The notes below the pieces were generated by a model. That model saw only the letters and a list, made by a program, of their open reading frames with translations. It was not told where the DNA came from and did no database searches. The position numbers and the translations under genes were made by a program. A stretch of DNA of 63,823 bases, counting the filler, from Octopus bimaculoides (Eukaryota): NCBI RefSeq assembly GCF_001194135.2. It is 6 parts of 6 records of this genome, joined end to end, with 100 filler letters (N's around TTAATTAATTAA, not from the genome) between each part and the next. Parts side by side here need not be neighbours in the genome. Positions count along the whole stretch, not along the records: positions 1 to 18,794 come from NC_068986.1; positions 18,895 to 45,690 come from NC_068984.1; 4 more parts are not named here. The stretch is one strand, 5' to 3'. Below, piece by piece: positions 12,951-25,835 of the stretch (within the stretch, counting starts at the first letter, position 1; every line of letters starts with the position of its first letter).

Positions 12951-13029
12951 GACCAGTAGAGGGCGTGCTCAGACAGTACACTAACTATGACTAACATTGG
13001 ACTCTTGAAGATGTTTAACATTTGATTTC

Positions 13030-13395
13030 TTCCTGTTAACATTGTTGGAATTTGAGTGGCTGTTATTTTCATTTATAATTTTGTTTGTACCATATTGTAT
13101 TTAGTTCAACTGTCATCAGTGGATTGTATTGATCATGTGAGCTGCACATCTGATATATCTCATCTCCAAAGATGGCAAAAATCAATTAGATGCCAATACC
13201 TTCAACAAAGATGCATTCATGTAGTTTCACGTTTGATATTTTGGCAGGAAATGGTGTTAGTTATGAGGAATTCAAACCCTGAATAAAATTGCAGAAGTAA
13301 CAGTCCGTTTGTGTTGCAGCCATCTGAACCATACTTTCCGATGATACCTGCCTATAATTCAAAGTTCCTTCCAACACAAGCATTAAAGTTCCCAA
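13030..13395 (-). mobile_element. RTE LINE apurinic endonuclease fragment
   Basis: Minus strand resembles GDFNARVG...IIGKYG...NTNGLLLLQF...ITNT...TTWMH...WHLIDF, with stops. Confidence 0.75.
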
Positions 13396-13413
13396 ATAAT
13401 GTGTATATATGTG

Positions 13414-13468
<55 letters not shown>

Positions 13469-13722
13469 GTATATATATATTTATATATTTAATCCTTTAT
13501 ATTGAACACTCAATATTTCATCTATTCAATAAGACATATTCCATATGTTCAATAAGACATTCAATACTTTATTTCATAGTACCATCCATTTTTATTTTAT
13601 ATTATATATTGTATATTATATTATATATTATATATTCCATATTCTATATCCCACATTGGTTTTGCAGGAATATAAATAAAACATAAAAAACAGACAGTGT
13701 TGGAACTCTTTTAAACAAAATA

Positions 13723-13753
<31 letters not shown>

Positions 13754-14030
13754 AAACATTATGAGTTAGAGATTATGCAACCATCTAAGGGATAAATGTA
13801 TCTGTAGGTACTACTGTTGTATTACCTCACTATGTATGGGCCCATACTGACATAAGAAAAGAAATGGAGCAACAATTAACGATTAGAAGCTGCTCATTGG
13901 TATTAAGAGGTCATAGTTTAATTGTAATTAAAAAAACATTTACAGCGTTTTGAGTTTGTTATTTTTGAAGTAAATTTGCATTTATCTCGTTCCATTTAAC
14001 AAACATCGTCAGAATGATTTAGAGTTTATC

Positions 14031-14213
14031 GTAGGGCTTACCAACCACATGGTTCTGGGTTCAGTCCCACTGCGTGGCACCTTGGGCAAGTGTCTTCTAC
14101 TCTAGCCTCAGGCTAACCAAAGCCTTGCGAGTGGATTTGGTAGACAGAAACTGAAAGAAGCCCGTCATATATATGTATACGTATATATATATATATATAT
14201 ATANNNNNNNNNN

Positions 14214-14255
<42 letters not shown>

Positions 14256-14431
14256 ATGCTGGTGTGTTTACGTCCCCGTAACTTAGTGGTTCCTCAAAAG
14301 AGTCTAATAGAATAAGTACTAGGCTTACAAAAAAAATAAGTCCTGGGGTCGATTTTCTCGACTAAAGGCGGTGCTCCAGCATGGCCGCAATCAAATGACT
14401 AAAACAAGTAAAAGAGTAAAGAGTAAAAGAG
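14031..14431 (+). mobile_element. tRNA-derived SINE family A (CORE-like domain, internal microsatellite)
   Basis: GGTTCAGTCCC B-box, GGCACCTTGGGCAAGTGTCTT core-like segment, internal (TA)n, tail ...AACAAGTAAAAGAGTAAAGAGT. Further copies at about 16030, 36090, 56805 and 60725-61800. Confidence 0.85.
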
Positions 14432-15951
14432 TATATAGACAGGAGAAAAAGGAAAAGGAAAAGCAAAAGGAAAAGAGGATAAAAGGGAAAAAAGTTCATT
14501 AAGTCTTTAGACTTATTTTTGTGCTAACATTTTTGTGTCCTTTAAGGTTCCATGTGTGTGTACATTTCTTCAATTAGATGAATAGAGAAATAAGTGGGGA
14601 AAATGACTAGTTGACCGGCGGTTTTAGTTGTAATAGTTATACCTGGTAGTTAGTTGTAATAGTCATCCAGTGCCGTTACTTGTAATAAATAATACTGTTT
14701 GAGACTGCTAGATAAGTCCCTATAATTACAAATAATGCCTTTGATAAAAATTAAGGATACTCTTAAAAGTTTAAGTGTGATGTAACAGTATAAATTTGGG
14801 TTACATAAAAGGTATAATAAATATATAAATAAATAAAAATGTTGTTATGTGCAGTGAGGGCTATCTACTCGTTAATATAATTAAAAACCAATACAGTTGG
14901 CTTGAATAGGCTAAATTGCTTGTTTAATCATGTTTATGTTAGTGGCAGCCCTAGCAATTTGTATGTTAGTCAGTGATCTAACTTTAACGTGAATATATTT
15001 AAGAGAATTATAGCTCCGAGTGTACATCATACATTTAAGATAAATAATTTAGTTATTCTGGATAATTTAATTTAATTGTGATGTGATATTTAATCATGTT
15101 CTGTAGTAAGGGGGAGGATCAAGATGGGGAGGTAATCAGATGTTAGGCAGATCAGCTAATAACCTGTAATGTAGGTATTAGTGGTATTTAGAGAATAAGA
15201 ATTTATCTTTATGTATGCATATTGTATTTTTCTTGTTTCGTTTATTAAGTAATTCTGATTTGGCCATTAAAATGAAGAATTTCCCATTTATGCATAAATT
15301 GCAGTTATAAATTAATGTTATTATAAATTAATGTTATTATCTTTAAGTTCCCAGATGTGACTACTTAATCCGGTAGAGTTAGCCTTATTTCTATTTCTGA
15401 AACTTGAGAGATGGGAATTATATCCTATTTGATTTATTTATTTATTCAAATGTTCCTATTTAATGTATTTTATTTACCTTAGTATTATAATTACTAATAG
15501 GGACTTTATTGATTGTTTTAGGTGTATCATTTTAATTTTTATTGTTATTATTATTTTTCTTAGTATCATCATCATTACCATTATCAATATTATTATTGTT
15601 ATCATAGCTAATGTTGTTATTAATATTATTATGAATCCTATTATTCTTCCTACTATTTTTATTATTACTACTATTATTGTTATTGTTATTCTCTTATTAT
15701 GTTTCTGATTATTATTATAGATATTTTTGGCTATTATTACTATTATCATAATTATAGATATTTATGTTATTCAGGTTATTTTTATAAAGTCCCAAGTAAA
15801 GGAGTTTTTTAACTACAATTAAACTATGGCTTTTTAATACCAATGATCAGCTTCTAATTGTTAATTGTTGCACCATTTCTTTTCTTATGTATGTATGTAT
15901 GTATATATGTATGTATGTATGTATATATGCATGCATGCATGTATGTATGTT

Positions 15952-16004
<53 letters not shown>

Positions 16005-16029
16005 GCATACATACATACAAACATACATA

Positions 16030-16196
16030 TATACGACAGGCTTCTTTCAGTTTCCATCTACCAAATCCACTCACAAGGCTTTGGTCGGCCGAGGCTGTAG
16101 TAGAAGACACTTGCCCAAGGTGCCACGCAGTGGGACTGAACTCGGAACCATGTGGTTCGTAAGCAAGCTACTTACCACACAGCCACTCCTACGCCT
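16030..16196 (-). mobile_element. SINE family A, 5' half
   Basis: Reverse complement of the head and core of the copy at 14031. Confidence 0.85.
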
Positions 16197-16409
16197 GAAA
16201 TAAATAAAGCCATCCCTAAAGCCATCACTATGCTACCACAGCTATCCTATGGCTACCACAATAATGGACTTCATCACCATCACCACAATCATGGTGACAA
16301 CGGCAACAACGATGATGTTGACAACAACGCTGACAATGTCAATGGCCATAACAACCATCTATAATAATGATAATAGTAATAATGATAATAATAATAATAA
16401 TGATAATAA

Positions 16410-16569
16410 TAATCCTTTCTACTAAAGGTACAAAGCTGGTACTTAATTTATTAACTGAGAAAGGATAAAAGGCAAGGTTGATCTTGGCGGAATTTGAATT
16501 CAGAAAGTGAAGATGGATGAAATGCTACTAAGCATTTCACCCAGCATGCTTGCTGCCTTAATAATAATA

Positions 16570-16620
<51 letters not shown>

Positions 16621-17103
16621 GTAATAGTAATAGTCATAATAATAATAATGATAATAATAATAATAATAAGGCCAACAACTTTGAGGGAAGATGGGCAAGT
16701 CAATTGCATTGGCCCAGCAAGTACTTGACTGGTTCCTATTTTAATGACTTTGAAAGGAAGAAAGGCAAAAGTCAACCATGGCAGAATTTGAGCTCAGAAC
16801 ATAACAATCTAGAAGAAATACCACTTAGCAATTTGTCTGACACATGATTCTGCCAGCTTGACACTTTCTCTACCATCATCCTTAATAATCCTTTCTACTA
16901 AAGGCACAAGGCCTGAAGTTTTAAGGGAGGAGACTAGCTGATTATATCAGCCCCAGGATTTCACTGGTACTTAATTTATTGACCCTGAAAAGGATGAAAG
17001 GCAAATATGACCATGGTGGAATTTGAACTCAGAACATAGCAATGAATGAAATACTGCTAAGCATTTCATCTAGCTAGCAAGCAATTCTGCCAGCTCAACA
17101 CCT
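16410..17103 (-). mobile_element. Three tandem SINE family B copies embedded in (AAT)n tracts
   Basis: Repeated AAAGGATGAAAGGCAAA-T-GAC--GGCGGAATTTGAACTCAGAAC-like segments, with CpG-decayed variants. Confidence 0.85.
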
Positions 17104-17859
17104 TAACCATCATCTTCAATAATAAAATCACTTATCCAACTGTTATCGTTCAAGGGTTACCTATCTAATTTAATTAATATTTTCCACACCCTAATTACAT
17201 TAATATTGATTTCTAATATAGACACAAAGTCTCAAATTCTATAGTGGATATAGTCAAGTATATCAACTCCCAGTACTTGTGAAGTACTTTATTTTATAGA
17301 CAATTCAATAACGAAAGGCCAAACTGTCCTCAATGGGATTTCAAGTTAGAATGTAAATAGCTGTAATGAAATATCACAAAACATCGCTTTCCTAGACAGG
17401 TTGTCTTCATTGTGGATTGCAGAGCCAATGTCACTTTCATTATGTGATTTCAAACAATGTTGGCTTTCTTTAGAATGGCCAGTTTCCTAGATGGGTCACC
17501 ATATCATATAGAGAGAGATGAGGTGGGGAGAAGGAAGCCCTGTCTTTCTGTAGTGTTGCTTGGGATAGACGGACTTTTATTACTAGAGGTATTTCATGTG
17601 GCTATCTAACATCTCCAAGAACAAGAGTTGTTTTATGATTTTGAGGAGAGAATGGTAATATCTATATCTATGAGAATATCTACATCATAGATGTTACTAA
17701 GAAGGTAGATCTTGGAGGTAGTCAGATGCAGCTGGGCATAAAAGGAAGTAAAATCATAGCCTCTGTTATGTAGCTGCATAGTTACCCATAATGTTTCTTG
17801 TGGAGATAGGGAATGTTTAGGTACAGGTTGTCAGATGGAAGAAGAAAATGTGTGTGTGT

Positions 17860-17890
<31 letters not shown>

Positions 17891-17940
17891 TCCATTCAAT
17901 CCAGGGATTATTATTATTCTTACTATATTTATCCTACATT

Positions 17941-18372
17941 GGCGGCGAGCTGGCAGAAACGTTAGCAAGCCAGGCGAAATGCGTAGCGGTATTTCGTCTG
18001 CCATTATGTTCTGAGTTCAAATGCCACCGAGGTTGACTTTGCTTTTCATCCTTTCTGGGTTGATAAATTAAGAACCAGTTACCCACTGGGGTCGATGTAA
18101 TCGACTTAATCCCTTTGTCTGTCCTTGTTTGTCCCCTCTCTGTTTAGCCCCTTGTGGGCAATAAAGAAATAAGAAGTGTTAGCACGCCAGGCGAAATGCT
18201 TAGCAGTATTTAATCTGTCTTTACATTCTGAGTTCAAATTCTGCCGAGGTCAACTTTGCCTTTCATCCTTTCGGTAGTCAATAGATTAAGCACCATTTGC
18301 TTACTGGGGTCAATCTAATCAACTGGCCTCCTCCCCCAAAATTTCAGGCCTTGTGCCTAGAGTAGAAAAGAA
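17941..18372 (+). mobile_element. Head-to-tail dimer of SINE family B
   Basis: GGCGGCGAGCTGGCAGAAACGTTAGC...GAGTTCAAAT (A/B boxes)...CTTTCATCCTTTC...GCAATAAAGAAATAAGAA, followed directly by a second copy. Confidence 0.85.
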
Positions 18373-18616
18373 TATTTACCCTACATTATATTGGTAGAGC
18401 TCAATACAACCCCATAAAACTGCTATTGCATGTGAGTATTATTAGGCTGTAGCTGGCGTAATAAAATAAGAGTTTTTATAAGTGCACTCAAAAGCGTTTC
18501 CTGTAAATGAGCTTGAAGGCTATATATATATATATATGTATGTATGTATGAATGAGTGGAAAAACAAAAGAAGCAGGCATTCAACACATTTAGTAGGAGT
18601 TACATATATTATGATT

Positions 18617-18775
18617 TAAAATAGTTTGATTTGGCTTCATGCGGCTTAAAAGTTTCATAGGCTCAATACAAGAACTTAGCTTGTTGGGTTCAGACTGTCT
18701 GCGTCTGATAAGCTAGCCTCCTGTATTGAGCCTATGAAATATTAAGTCACATGGAGTCAAATCAAACTGTTTTTA
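18617..18775. repeat. Fold-back element / small MITE
   Basis: Left arm AAATAGTTTGATTTGGCTTCATGCGGCTTAAAAGTTTCATAGGCTCAATACAAG pairs with right arm CTGTATTGAGCCTATGAAATATTAAGTCACATGGAGTCAAATCAAACTGTTT. Confidence 0.75.
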
Positions 18776-18896
18776 ATAATAATGATAATAATCCNNNNNN
18801 NNNNNNNNNNNNNNNNNNNNNNNNNNNNNNNNNNNNNNTTAATTAATTAANNNNNNNNNNNNNNNNNNNNNNNNNNNNNNNNNNNNNNNNNNNNTC

Positions 18897-19185
18897 TGTG
18901 GTGTATGCGTGCGAATAGATGTAATCGCCTTACCTCGGTTTTCCTTTCGTCGACTGCGAGTCTGTCTTGCGGTATCTGATCCTTGAAGCTTGCCCCGACC
19001 CAAAGAACACCAGGAATAGCAGCTGCTTCTCCCAAACCTAGACCGTCACTTAACACGTCTTGTCCTGCCCACAACCCCGTTCGAAAAAGGGCACGAATCC
19101 CGATCGAGGCTCCCTCTGCCCTTTTTTCACTTCCGGTCAACTCGCCCTTCCGGTCAGCCTCCCCAGACACTGACGTCATACCACA
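18897..19185 (-). mobile_element. Solo LTR inserted into a LINE RT region
   Basis: Termini TGTGGT...ACCACA are inverted repeats. Right flank TTTTC and the two visible left-flank bases TC are compatible with a TSD. CpG-rich, with TGACGTCA and two CCGGAAG motifs. Confidence 0.7.
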
Positions 19186-22100
19186 TTTTCCACAGATTCC
19201 AACACTTGCCAATTTTGAGAGTAAGATATTATGGTCAACTCTGACAAACACTTTACTGAAGTCAAGATATATGACATCAAAGTTCGAACCTGTTCCCAAG
19301 GTTTTAAGTATATCATCGATGTGGTGCAAGAGCTGTGTTAGTTCCTGTCACAGCAAAAGCCACGCTGGTTTGAATTTAGGAGTTTGTGGATCTCCAGGAA
19401 GCCAGCTATCTTTGATTTTACCACTCAAACACTTTAATGATATGGGATGTGAGTGAGATTGAGTGATAATTGACTGCAAGGGATCTGTTTTCCTGTTTGA
19501 AAACCGGGACGACAGACTGGGGTAGGAGCTGTTTCAGTATATAACCTGAGTCTGAAGAATTTCTCCAGAGATTGGTCAGAGGGACTGCAAGTTGGTGTCT
19601 ACATTCCTTCAGGAGACCAGCAGGGAATCTATCAGGGCCTACAACAGAATAGAATTTGACCTCAATTATTGCTGCTATGATGTCTGAGGCAGTGAAGGTT
19701 ATGTCCGAGATTTTCTGTTGGGAATCAACTTCATTCGCTTCCCTTACATCAATATCAGTGGGATCACAAAAGACAGAGCAGTATTGTTTCTGCAGTACTT
19801 CTGCCATTTCTTTAGCATCGTGTTGGGGAATGCTGTTATCACTGATCAATGGGCCAACAGGTGAGACAGTGGTACTATGCTTATTTGCATATGAATAGAA
19901 CACTTCTGGGTTCTGTTTGATTTTTTTGATTACCCACTATTCCTCTGCAGCTCTTTGATTTTCAATGGAGGTTTTCATGTCAATCTGCAGATGAAGGTTT
20001 TCCAACTCCAGCCTTTTCATTGTTGTTGAATTTGGATGTTGTATGTGGGAGTATTTTAACTGGTTGATTTTTTTATTAAGTCTTTTGATGCATCTGATGA
20101 GTGCTTTTTTCTCTCTAGGAAGCCAGTTTCTGTTTGTGTTAGTGGATTTCGTAGGAGCGTTTTTTGAGCATGTATAGGGGACAATGTCCTCAAAATGCTG
20201 CCATGCAGTCTCAATGTTCGTGGAATTGAGAGTGAAGGGCCAATTCATGAAGGGCAGATCCTTTCTGATTGCTCCCCAGTCTGCTTTGTGGAAGTTTATG
20301 TTGTCAAATAAGTGCAATGGAGTGGGATTAGCTGGTTTCGTTTTGATATGCCAGAAATTAAAGTTGCAGAGTATCATGTCGTGATCTGAGAGGAGACTTT
20401 TTCAACTGAAATACTGTGAACAGAGCTAGAGTGGTTGGTTAATATTAGATCCAAGATCATTTGATTCTGTCTTGTTGATTCGAGCACTAGCTGAGTCAGG
20501 AAAAATTCATCCATTAGATTAAAGAGTAATTCTGCTGCTGCTTTGTCTGGTGTAGAGCATTTACCTAATATCAGGGTATTTATGGGCCAGTTTATATAAG
20601 GGAGGTTAAAATCACCCATCACTAGCATGTTTCCAGAGTTGTATTTTTGAAGGAAGGAATTGATTTTGTCGAGGCATTCTTCAAAGCACTTTAGAGGTGC
20701 TTGGGGAGGCTTGTAAAGACCAACAATGATTATGTCTTTGGCCTTGTTGAATAATGATATGGATTCACAATAGCCATTGGAAAATATGTCCTTGGCATCA
20801 ACTGCAAAAGAGTCATGGAGAAAGATGGCTGTTCCCCTTTTATTTCTGTCTGTGCGATTTGCATGGATGATGGTGAAATCTTGTATTTTCACCTCGGCAT
20901 CCATATGAGTGTTGTTCAAGTGAGTTTCAGTAAAGATAAAGAAAGGGATGCAATGTGCCGTTTCGGCAAGCCAACTCTCTATGTATGGGATCTTCTATTC
21001 TGGGGCAGTGAGTGATGGATTGATGCCATGTACATTTGACAGGAATGTCAAGGTAAGAGTAGTTTGATGTTTGCATTGTTTTAAGAGCTCAGTGTTATGT
21101 GCTATGTTGTTCAGAGGTAGAAGTGAGGGTAGCTTTTGTATGGAGCTGTGTGTGTGTGATTTTCTAGTTGGTGGTGGGTGTGTGTTCTTTGTGTTTTGCA
21201 CAAATAGCTGCTGATAGCTCATTGGATCTCCTGGCTTAGGTTGGCCTTCATATTTTCTAGATAAGTTAGTAAAAAACAGTTGCCTCTTTGGTTTGCCACT
21301 TGGTTACATGATATATAGTTTGTTTATGTTATTTGGTGTTATGGTCTTCCCATAGTTCTGTCTTTGCTGTTTAGCTGTAGGAGGTGAAGTGTGGTTGTAT
21401 TTTGTTTTGCTGTTGTTGTAGGACTCCTCTGTTGCTGTTTATATTTATTTTTCGATTGTTTTGTGCCCTTCAGATGGTGGTAGTTGCATTCTAGGTTCAA
21501 GCACATCATTAGTGACACAGAATTTTGGGACAGTTTAGGATGAAAGAAGGTGCATCCATTGCCTTTTGTGCACCCATATTTAGGATCAGGGCCATGGACT
21601 CTGTATTTAGGATAGTATTTGGGGTGAAGGTGAGGGCAATTTTTCCTGTTATACCATATGGACAGGTACCCTTAACAAGTTTACGGCATAGGGTAGGATG
21701 GAAAAAGAGCAAAGTGTCCCTTTTGTTAGTGCCGTTGGGGTCAAATCTACAGTTACCTTGAGAATGGTAAAAACAGGGTTTTTGACAAGGGCATAGTAGA
21801 GGTTTTTCTATATTTGCAGGCTCATTGGTCAGTTGTCCTATTGTAGTAGCAGTAGCAGACTGTTGTTTTTGTTGTTGCTGTAGCAGCAGTGGAGCTTGAC
21901 TTGCAACAGTAGGGCTGGGTGGAATCAGATCAGATAGTGGTGCCATACAAAGTGATTCCAATGTAGTAGCAGTAGCAGGCTGTTGTTGTTGCAGTAGTGA
22001 GTCCTGGCTTGCCATGGTAGTGTTGGGTGGAATTAGGTCAGATAGCGATGAAGATGTTGTTTGTTGCTGGCTAACAGGCTAAGAGGTTGTTTGCTGCTGG

Positions 22101-22700
22101 CTAACAGGTCGTTGAAGTGACCCCTGACCTGTTAGCATTGGGTTGGTGCACTACACCCATTGACAAGTATGGCTTCTAGTGTTATCTTGTACATGTGTAA
22201 AGTATGAAACAATCTTGTGATTTCTTTTATTGTGTTTTCAATCTGTTTTACAGATCTGTAAAAGGACTGTGATGCTAATTTTTCAGCAATTTTACTGTTG
22301 ACATTAACTTTTACACTTTCGTTATGGTGAGTGTACCAAGTGTTTATCAGTGCACTGATTTTGTTTTCTACCCAGTGACATTTCAGAATATAATTGGCCA
22401 TATTCAGTGGATAGGACAGTGTTATACACTGTACATCAGTTATTGCTGACTTGATGTATGATTGCAAATGTGCCGTAGAAAAGTTTATGTTGATATATTC
22501 GGAAATGCGTGGCTATATCTGGGTGTGTGGGAGAGAGTTCGGTGTATTTAGTACAAATCAGAATGAGCGGTGTGTTTAATACAAATCAAGAGAAATTAAT
22601 TGTACTCGTGGGTTTAGTTTTAGAACTAATCTTGGGCTTAGTTTTTTTTTGCACTATTGGTTTATATTTGTTTCTCCAGGTGGTATATAAACTTGTGTAA
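19186..22700 (-). mobile_element. CR1/L2-group LINE: ORF1 plus ORF2 (APE and RT N-half), decayed
   Basis: APE motifs GLYKPP, VMGDFNLPYINW, ILDLILTN; RT motifs YHSISLTSHIIKVFE and DVIYLDFSKVFVRVDHNILLSKL; upstream ORF1 with CCCH fingers and Q/T-rich repeats. The 5' boundary is approximate. Confidence 0.85.
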
Positions 22701-22864
22701 ATTTATCCTCTGATGATAGTAAAATAGTAGAATAGTAGAATTCAAGGGTTCTGGGACTAAAAACAAGGAAAGTTACTGCTGGTTTGAGTTGAAGTCTGTT
22801 TCTTTGGCTACTGACTGGCCAGAGCTATGAAAAGTATGTCTTGTCACAACAAGATTAGCCGATA

Positions 22865-23820
22865 TCAGGTCATTAAGAATGAAATGTCTGATTCTCTTAT
22901 GCACCAAGTTTGACAGTCGTTAACTCTAATGATTTATCCTGACAAGCCTTTGTTTTATAACATTGAGGAGTTACTTCATCACTTTTTGAAATGCAATTCA
23001 TGGTGTCTGATTATATTGTGAGTTTTCTCTTATAAATCAATTTTTGTGAACCCATGGAAAGACAAAAAATTCGTGCTGTTTATGAATATGAATTCCGTTG
23101 TAGAACCAATGCATCACAGACAGCTCGAGACATCAATAATGTGTTTGGTGAAGATGTGGCAAATGAGCCCACTGTATGTTGATGGTTTGAGAAGTTCCGG
23201 TCTGGTGACTCTGCTCTTGAAAATCAGCCTGGTGGTAGACCTGAGACCAAGGTGGATAACGATGAACTGGAAACTGTAGTGAAAGCGGATACATTTCAAA
23301 CTATGTGTGAGTTAGCAGCAAGATTTGATGTTTTGATTTCAGCTGTATTGGGCCGTCTGAAAGAAATCAGCAAGTTAAAGAATCTCTACAAGGGGGTACC
23401 ACACAAAGTGAACAAGCATCAAAAGACACACCATTTTGAAACTTGCTGTTCTTTGCTGTCACAGCATAAAGGCAAACCATTTCTGCATTGTATTGTTACA
23501 TTTAATGAAAAATAGATTCTTTTCAACAATAGCAAGCATTCTGCATGGTGGTTGGATAGAGACAAAGTGCCAAAACAATCCAAAGAAGAATATTCGCCAA
23601 AAAAAGCTAATGGTGTCTGTTTTGTGCTCCAGCACTGGTGTCGTCCACTACAGCTTCATGAGTCAGTTCCAGCAGATGTGTACAACAACCAGTTGTATGA
23701 AATGATGAGTGAACTTGCAATTAAACAACCGAGATTGGTCAATAGAATCAGGCCAATTCTCTTGCAAGACAATGCTTGACCACATGTTGCACAAAGAATG
23801 CTACTCAAGTTACAGGATCT
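22865..23820 (+). mobile_element. mariner element, 3' truncated pseudogene
   Basis: MERQKIRAVYEYEFR...WFEKFRSGD..LENQPGGRP...GVPHKV...IVTFNEK...LLQDNA, with stops. Confidence 0.85.
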
Positions 23821-24794
23821 CCAGCTCACCAGTTCCAGTCAAACCATCTAACCCATGCCACCGTGGGAAACATGCTAAATGATGCCACTGACGCTGCAAG
23901 CATTGAAGTCAATGCCAACGCTGACACTGACAATGACAGATATATATTAAACAATTTATGTAAATGGTCCATTTTAGCTCATAGGAAAAGAAAACTTTTA
24001 TAGATTAGATAAATTTAATTTTCCTTCTTCCTCATGCGAATGATACTTAGCATGAACTATTTAATGAGTTTTGTTTCTTATTTATTTAGTGAAAAAGCAC
24101 TAAAACAATTCCAATCAATATAGATAAACTCTAGAATCTAGGTGAAACCCAAATATGCACTTTTTTTGTTTTCAATAAAAAGAAATTTTGTAACAATGCT
24201 ACAGAATAAAATATATTTTCTCATTACTAAATCATAGAAAGTATTAAATGAACAAAATTTCTCCTTACAAATTTCTGTAATTGCAACTATTTTTATAACC
24301 AAATTTGAATAGCCTATTCTTGTTGTTAAGTAGAACAGTCAATGATGTCTGCCTCAAAGTTTACACATCTAGAATCAGAATGCATGTTTGTTTTTTGTTG
24401 GTTTTTCCATCTAAATTTTATACATTCTTCTTAAAGAAAATGAAAGGAAAGTGAAGTGGAAGAAATTCAATATCTAATCTTAACTCTGCGATAAAATTGA
24501 AAAATCACTTTAGTCTTGACTCTAACACATTACATTTGGTGCCTTGAATTTTATTGATATAGTGTATTTTATTGAAAATCTTTCTCTGTTACATTTTCAC
24601 TTCCGGTAATTTGTGCAGAGATTCTACCCAACTGAGACTCCTATTGATTTACTGTTAGTCTCTTTTGTTGTCTATAGAAAAGTAAATCAAATGTATTGTA
24701 TATTGCTAAAGAAAATGAATAATAGAATTGATTCCATTTGTGCTGGAAGATTCTGAATAGAAATGTTTCTGCTTAATTAAGATATAAGCAAAAC

Positions 24795-24836
<42 letters not shown>

Positions 24837-25231
24837 GTCAATGACTTAAATAGCCTCCCACTGTCATTTTCTAAAACATGATAGGATAAATGAACAACAA
24901 AGCAAAGCTGTATTTTATTACAAAGGAAAGTATTATTTTCAGTTAGAGAATGAATAGAAAACTTTATCGGAGGAATTTTGTGCATTCTACTCTCTGCTAA
25001 GCTACTTAGTTTAATAGTAAATCAGTTCTTTTCATATTTACATTATTTATAACTAAATCCTACAATCTAGGTTACTATACTCCCAAAGAAGCAATTGTAT
25101 TAATTAATTGCATGTTTATAATCTCTAGTACATACTGATTATCTAAATTTAAGTAAAACTATGGAAATTTTAAAGAAATATATTTAATTACAATATATTT
25201 ATTTTAATTATACATAATGATAATGATAGGA

Positions 25232-25262
<31 letters not shown>

Positions 25263-25498
25263 GTGGTGGTGGTGGTGGTGGTGGTGGAAGAGGAGGAAAA
25301 CAAGGAAGGAGTGGAAGAGAATGAGGAAGAGGATGTATTTATTGTAAGAGCATAATGATAGACAACAAATGCTGTGTTTCTCAGATGACATTTAAGTGAG
25401 AGTATTAATAACAATAACAGTTGCTGCTAATGTCACCATTGTTAATAACATGTCTAATTTTGTACAAATTACTATTGACTCATGATACTAATAATTAT

Positions 25499-25781
25499 AA
25501 CAAGAGCACTTAGAGAGCGCAAACCTCTGCCAATGCAATACTGTCCTCTCAACAATTAACTGGAGATGATTTTTAAAATGAGAATATCTGAAATAAAATC
25601 CTTCAATGAATATCATGAAACCTTTTGGTTTTCTCTTCTCTTAAATTCCAGTCTTCCTTCAGTAATCCTGTTGTTTTAGATCGATGTATAGAATTATGTA
25701 TATATGTAAGTATACTGTAAAGAGTTAAAATGTATGTATAATCACCTAATATAATATTGAGGGTTGTTTTTTTTATATATT

Positions 25782-25835
<54 letters not shown>

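Noticed and set aside
16380-17103. Idea that SINE family B is mobilised by Dong/R4 because it sits in (AAT)n tracts
   Set aside because: On the SINE sense strand the tail is (ATT)n, the opposite orientation to the Dong (TAA)n tail, and I see no shared 3' sequence with the Dong UTR at 56000-56185.
17941-18040. SINE heads as additional tRNA genes
   Set aside because: A/B boxes are present but there is no complete cloverleaf, and they continue into SINE bodies and tails.
18839-18850. TTAATTAATTAA motif recurring at 18839, 45735, 57440, 59650 and 62679
   Set aside because: Each copy sits between exactly 44 N on both sides (100 bp in total) and gives stops in all six frames: an artificial scaffold linker, not biology.
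24835-24870. 36-nt minus-strand exon candidate (NDSGRLFKSLT) with AG/GT borders
   Set aside because: Phase 1-1 does not follow the phase-0 CCDC13 exon, the donor is formed by a (TA)n microsatellite edge, and the resemblance to DENGRLYKLL is in the wrong position in the gene.
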